A stretch of 63,994 bases of DNA, filler included. It is 11 parts of 11 records of this genome, joined end to end, with 100 filler letters (N's around TTAATTAATTAA, not from the genome) between each part and the next. Parts side by side here need not be neighbours in the genome. Positions count along the whole stretch, not along the records: positions 59,254 to 63,994 come from SRR7504441_7184; 10 more parts are not named here. The stretch is one strand, 5' to 3'. A model generated the notes under the pieces. It did no database searches. It was not told the origin of the DNA and was given only the letters and a program-made list of their open reading frames with translations. The number at the start of each line of letters is the position of its first letter. The first letter of the stretch is position 1. Below, piece by piece: positions 59,310 to 63,994 of the stretch. The translations under genes were made by a program, and so were the position numbers.

Positions 59310-62300
59310 TTATTCAAAGTCGTCAGAGTCAACACTCAAACCCTCGTTAAATAGCATTTCATCTCCGTGGTACTGAAGTGGATTCTCAATTGAAGGGCTG
59401 GACCCAAGTGGTGACCATCGGAAGCTGGTCGAGTGGTCATCCGTTGCATCAATAGTATACAACTCTCCAGGTGACTCCTTCATTACGGCGGTGTCACAGT
59501 AGAACCAGTGCAGCGTGTCAGCGTGTCCATTGTACTGAAGCTGGACCAGGCAGCCACCATCCATCTCTCCTGCCGGGCTGTCCTGCACGTCCCAGGCCCC
59601 ATTGTCTAGCTGCTGAAGGTTGCTCTGCACAAGCATCTGAATCTCCTCATCCCCCTCGCATAAGCGACTCCGGGTGCTCCATACCACGACTGCCACACAA
59701 TCGGCACCGACCACTCTAATCTTCCTTGGGAGCAGGGTTATTATTGGCACACTAAACGGGCTACCACAGATCGGGGCTCCGGCTACTGCAACCCCTATCG
59801 TGTGCTCCAGGTCAGCTGATGTAGGCGTGAAACTCACCTGGCACTCGCCCAGTCCGGTCTGACGTATTTCGCACGCACACCCATCGGACGACTGAGCAGA
59901 CAGCATGGAGTTGTCTGCCACGGCGCACAACTTACCAGCTGCATCATACACAACCACCCCGAGAACACAGCAGTGCCCAACAAACCCAACAAATAGTCCT
60001 GATGAGGCCTTGGCATGGCACAGCCCAGGCTCCGGTTCAATGGTGGGTCCAAGCCTGTGCAGCAACTTGACTATCTCTTGCCGCTCCTTGAGTCGGGCCG
60101 TTCTCGAACGCTCGCCAATGTCTGGCTTACTGAGCGCCTTGTCCTTCATGCTTAGCTGCATAAGCACCTTGCGCAATGCCTTGTCATTCACAGGCACCGA
60201 CGGCACAGCCAACACGTCTCTACTATATTTGCCTGCCTCACGGCCAGTAGCCACATACTGAAGCACTAGATCCTCCCAGCTGATAGCACCGTTCGCATCA
60301 GAGGACAGTGCTGAGAAAAAGCTGCGCCATGTGCCCCCATTAGCGGCACCAGGTGGCTTAACCTGCTTGTTTGCCTTGATGTAGTTTTTGAGGTCCGCAA
60401 GGAGCAGCAACCCGTCACTATCGCTGTCGGCTGCATCAAACAACTTGGATGCCTCCCACTGCAGGCTGGCCAAATGAGGCTCCATTACCCCATGCTGCGT
60501 CCTTGCCTGGACTACTGTCGTCCGCAGTGTGTCCAGCTGCTCCCTCTGTTGCCGGCACAAAGCCCGCCAGCTGCTCACTAGCCCAGCCACTGGGTTCCCT
60601 GGGTTATTCTGTTGTGAGCTTTCCAACTCAGGCTTGCCGTGAGTTTGGTTCAGTGGTGCTGGCTCTTCAGCGGAAATCTGCTCAAGAAAAGCCACCACTG
60701 CAGACGGGTCGTCATCTTGCTCCGACTCCCCAAACGCATACTGGCACAACTGCCAGAATGTGGCGTGCCAGGATCCAGGAGTGATCTCCTGGCGCCTGTC
60801 ATTGTGCATTTCAGGAGCGCTCATCCCTGTGAAAACCTGCCGCAGGCCCTCCATCTGTATTCGAATTGGGTAGATCCCAGTCTCCTTGGCCAGCCGCACA
60901 AACTGGATGAAGTTGATCGCCAATGTCGTGCCAAACTTCCCTGCACGCGCATAGCGCTCCCAGAGCATATCTAGCTCAGCCGCGACCATAGGTTCAGAGA
61001 GAATTTCCTGGCCGGGCAGCGGGATGACCTTGACGTCTGCCTGCGCCATCGCCTGCTGTTCTAGGTGTTCAAACTCTTGTGTCTCCCGCTGAATGGAATC
61101 CTTGAATTGGTCTTGATCAGCCTGCTTCTTGATCACTGCTGCCTCGATCTTGGTCAATACCATCGATTGATGACGCTGTTTGGCCGAGCTCGGTCGCCCG
61201 GACCATGAAGAGCTACGCGCACGGATGGTAGACGACTCTATCTGATGCAACCAACTGGGCTCCCCGGCAGGTTTTTCAGGTTCCTTCCACAGTGCATTAG
61301 GCGCAATGAGACTGGCAGATGACTTGGCAGTGTTGCCCTTTGCTGGCGAGCAAAACTCCGGGCAATCGACCTTGTTATTGCCATTTTGGTCATACACCTC
61401 AAACAGTCGACGCATCTCCCGAGGCGACGGGAGTGGTCTCACTCCGATCAGTGCCACGCCTTTGCAGAACTCGTCAAACGTTAGCTTATCATCTCGATTC
61501 TGATTGGCGCAGAAGAACAGCTTACCTTCGGCCCCAAGCCGCTGTACATCCGCTGGTTGCTGCTGCTCATCTGAGATGGCCTCTGGCTGGTTCGCCTTGC
61601 TGGTTGAGGCGAGACTCGCACCCAACTGCAGTGGCGGCACCGCTTTCTCACTCTGCTCCTTGGCAGCACTATTAGAGCTCTTAGAGGCGCGGCCCGGGGC
61701 GTATGGCCCGAGTAGGTGATTGTCTCGCGCCCATATTTCTGCACACTTGCGTGGAGTGAGTAGGGGCGGTCGCGGGTCCGTAGTAGCCTCAGGGTGAGGG
61801 TTGTTCATCAGCTCAAATAGCTTATGCTGTGCCTCATCTGGCATCGTGCTTGGCCGGAACGGCTCGCCACATGAGACGAGCAAAGCGTCGCCGTCGTGGA
61901 GGGTCGTTATGTCCTTGAGCTCCCGCCCGTCAAGATAAAAAGCTCTCCGGGCACACCGAACCAACTTAAGCGCCTCAACAGCCTCAGCAAACAGATTGTC
62001 GAGAGTAGCGGACCCTCGCAGTATCACACGGCGCACTGTGTGCAGCACGCCGCCTTCATGCCACAACGCAGGGTGCGCCAAAAGCTGCCCCCCTGATGAG
62101 TCACAATGTGCAACAATGCTTAATGCCTGAACCCGTCGGAGCCGGCGCGGGGTGCTCACAGGCGTGCGGTTCTTATTCCCGGAGAACTCGGACTTTCTGA
62201 ACCGGGGAGTGCGTGACTTGCAACCGGCATACGGCCCACGCAGGTCTGGCCGGGCATAGCCCTCGCCACATGAAGTCACCAAACAGCAGAGCGGCCGGAG

Positions 62301-63815
62301 CTCGTTGATGGCATGATCACTCTTCACCTAGTCGGGGTCAAACCAGATCCAGGTCAGGATCGCACCTCTTGACCGTCCAAAAGGAAAGCGCGCTGGGCAG
62401 CTCGCGTAAGCCCAAGCAGCTCCGTCTGCCCAACACAATTCAATAGAAACCTTGGACGGCTCTCACCGCATCTTGGAGCAGGTGCGCCAGCAGGTGTGGA
62501 CGCCGGAGCACCAAGGTCCGGAGCCCTTCGCCCAGCTCTGGGGGCAATCTTGCTCGGCTCAATAATCCATCACTCCCAACCAAGCTTCGCAGCAGCTCAG
62601 AATGCACTTCCGAACCGTTACGGACAATATATACCACCCGATGGGCCGGTGAGAGCGGCGGCCGAGAGGACGGCGCTACCTGCATTGGGGCAGATATGCT
62701 GCCAGCACAAGTCAGCGCTTGCCCTGTAAGGGCTCACCATGGTCTGTGGGCAGTCGGTTTGGGGATGAACGCTGCGCCTGTGGATATGAACAGATGCATA
62801 CTGTTGGCAAGTTGCTTGGCCTGAAACAGTTCGCTGCCATCTTCACAGAACACCCTGCGAGCCGCCTTGAGCAGCTCCAGTCGCCGGCTGCATTCAGCAA
62901 GAAACACATCCCAGACGCGCTCCTGTTAGCTTTCAGTGCCGCCCTATACCGCGTGGGCGCCTGGTCATCCAAGTGGTCGGCCACACCCAGCCGGAGCCCG
63001 CTGAACGACCAGGCACCATTAGCCCGCACATGCACCACCTGACCCATGGCTCGGCCATAGTCAAATCCAATGCACCCGGTTCTGTTTGTATAGTTTGCGA
63101 GACATGTCGAGGCTGCTAACGCGGGAGCCTGGAGGCGCCCCACTTGTGGCATGCACTTGGTTTCCACTCTCCAGTTTGGTCAAATCCGTCACCTGGACAT
63201 GTACTGTGCCCAGTTTCGCGTCGGATCTCACCTCAGAGCCGTCGTCTAGGTATAGCTTGCGCAAAGGCATACTCAGCGAGGAGCCGCGTTCGACCGCATA
63301 GCTGCCCCGGCCCTCTAAAGCAGTCAGCGGGCGGCCGACCGTTGCTGGATGTTATCGAGCATTTCCATGAGTGTGATATTTGGGGGAACCAATACATGCG
63401 GCAGCAGGTGCTCACCGGTGACCGCTTCGTGCACTAAAACCTCTACGCTGGGCGCCGGCCGATTGGCCACCTTCCAAACTTGCGACTCGACGTGCGAGTA
63501 ATCTGGAAGCCGGGCCGGCGGGCAGTAGGGCTGGCGACTTTCCTTGTGTGGAGTACAGTTCGGGTCGTGCCCCGCGAAGACGGAGGCGCAGAGCTCGCTG
63601 CCGTCAATAATGTCGGCGAAGCTGGAGACCCGGTCGCCGTTGGCGTCTGTCAGTGAGCGACAGAGCGAGCTCAGGTTGCAGGCCTTAGTGACGTCGAGCA
63701 CGAAGTTGTCCCACGAGCCACGCGCAAGGACTTGCTTGCCGTGCTTGGCCACCGTGCTAGTTGAAGGGAAGACCACAACCTTCTTGGGCCGGCGCGACTC
63801 GGACATGCTGCTCAT
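59310..63815 (-). CDS. Large multi-domain protein: several doublecortin (DCX)-like domains, EF-hands and a filamin-like Ig repeat
   Basis: DCX-like segments (ARRAFYLDGRELKDITTLHDGDALLVSCGEPF and similar ones at 63.1-63.8 kb), EF loops (DQNGNNKVD, DSDSDGLL), and VSFTPT...HTIGVAVAGAPICGSPF. Joining of the upstream exons is inferred. Confidence 0.7.
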
Positions 63816-63994
63816 TACACGTGAAGGGGCAAACGGCTACGGTACCATGGCCGGTTTGTAATATTTATGCGCTTACGTACCGATGAAGATTATGTAGATC
63901 TATACCAAAGGGAATAATATTAAAACACATCGTCGCAAGTTGGGCGGGAATTTTCGGGGTCGGCCGTTTATTCCGCAACTTGCACAGTCGCTTC

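Overview
Gene-dense, GC-rich genomic DNA from an unidentified microbial eukaryote. The window is 11 contigs joined by artificial N-TTAATTAATTAA-N linkers. I could model about 45 protein genes by hand, including V-ATPase B, ALDH22/MSC7, VMP1, LMF, Trm82/WDR4, Bet1, PTC7, a TBC Rab-GAP, a kinesin, CobW and an FGGY kinase. Most genes are split by very short (mostly 36-50 nt) GT-AG or GC-AG introns, so the ORF track fragments them or reads through the introns. These introns lack a polypyrimidine tract and often fold into hairpins. The best-supported hidden feature is a guide-RNA locus at 23.3-23.9 kb (minus strand). It is a micro-ORF host gene, head-to-head with VMP1, whose two unusually long introns carry a box H/ACA RNA (guide matching 18S rRNA) and a box C/D RNA whose D' guide predicts methylation of U2 snRNA G25. 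Other notable signals: genome-wide end-paired mini-introns; recurrent 11-bp tandem duplications and a TACNNGTA palindrome in intergenic DNA; ultra-compact divergent gene pairs; an intron-containing, NLS-tagged bacterial/phage-type pyrimidine-dimer glycosylase; an F-box-like/kinesin fusion; an MLKL/RPW8-like helical protein; a degenerate DD-carboxypeptidase; and an in-frame TGA in a JmjC gene. All gene models and family calls come from manual reading and motif recall, not database searches.
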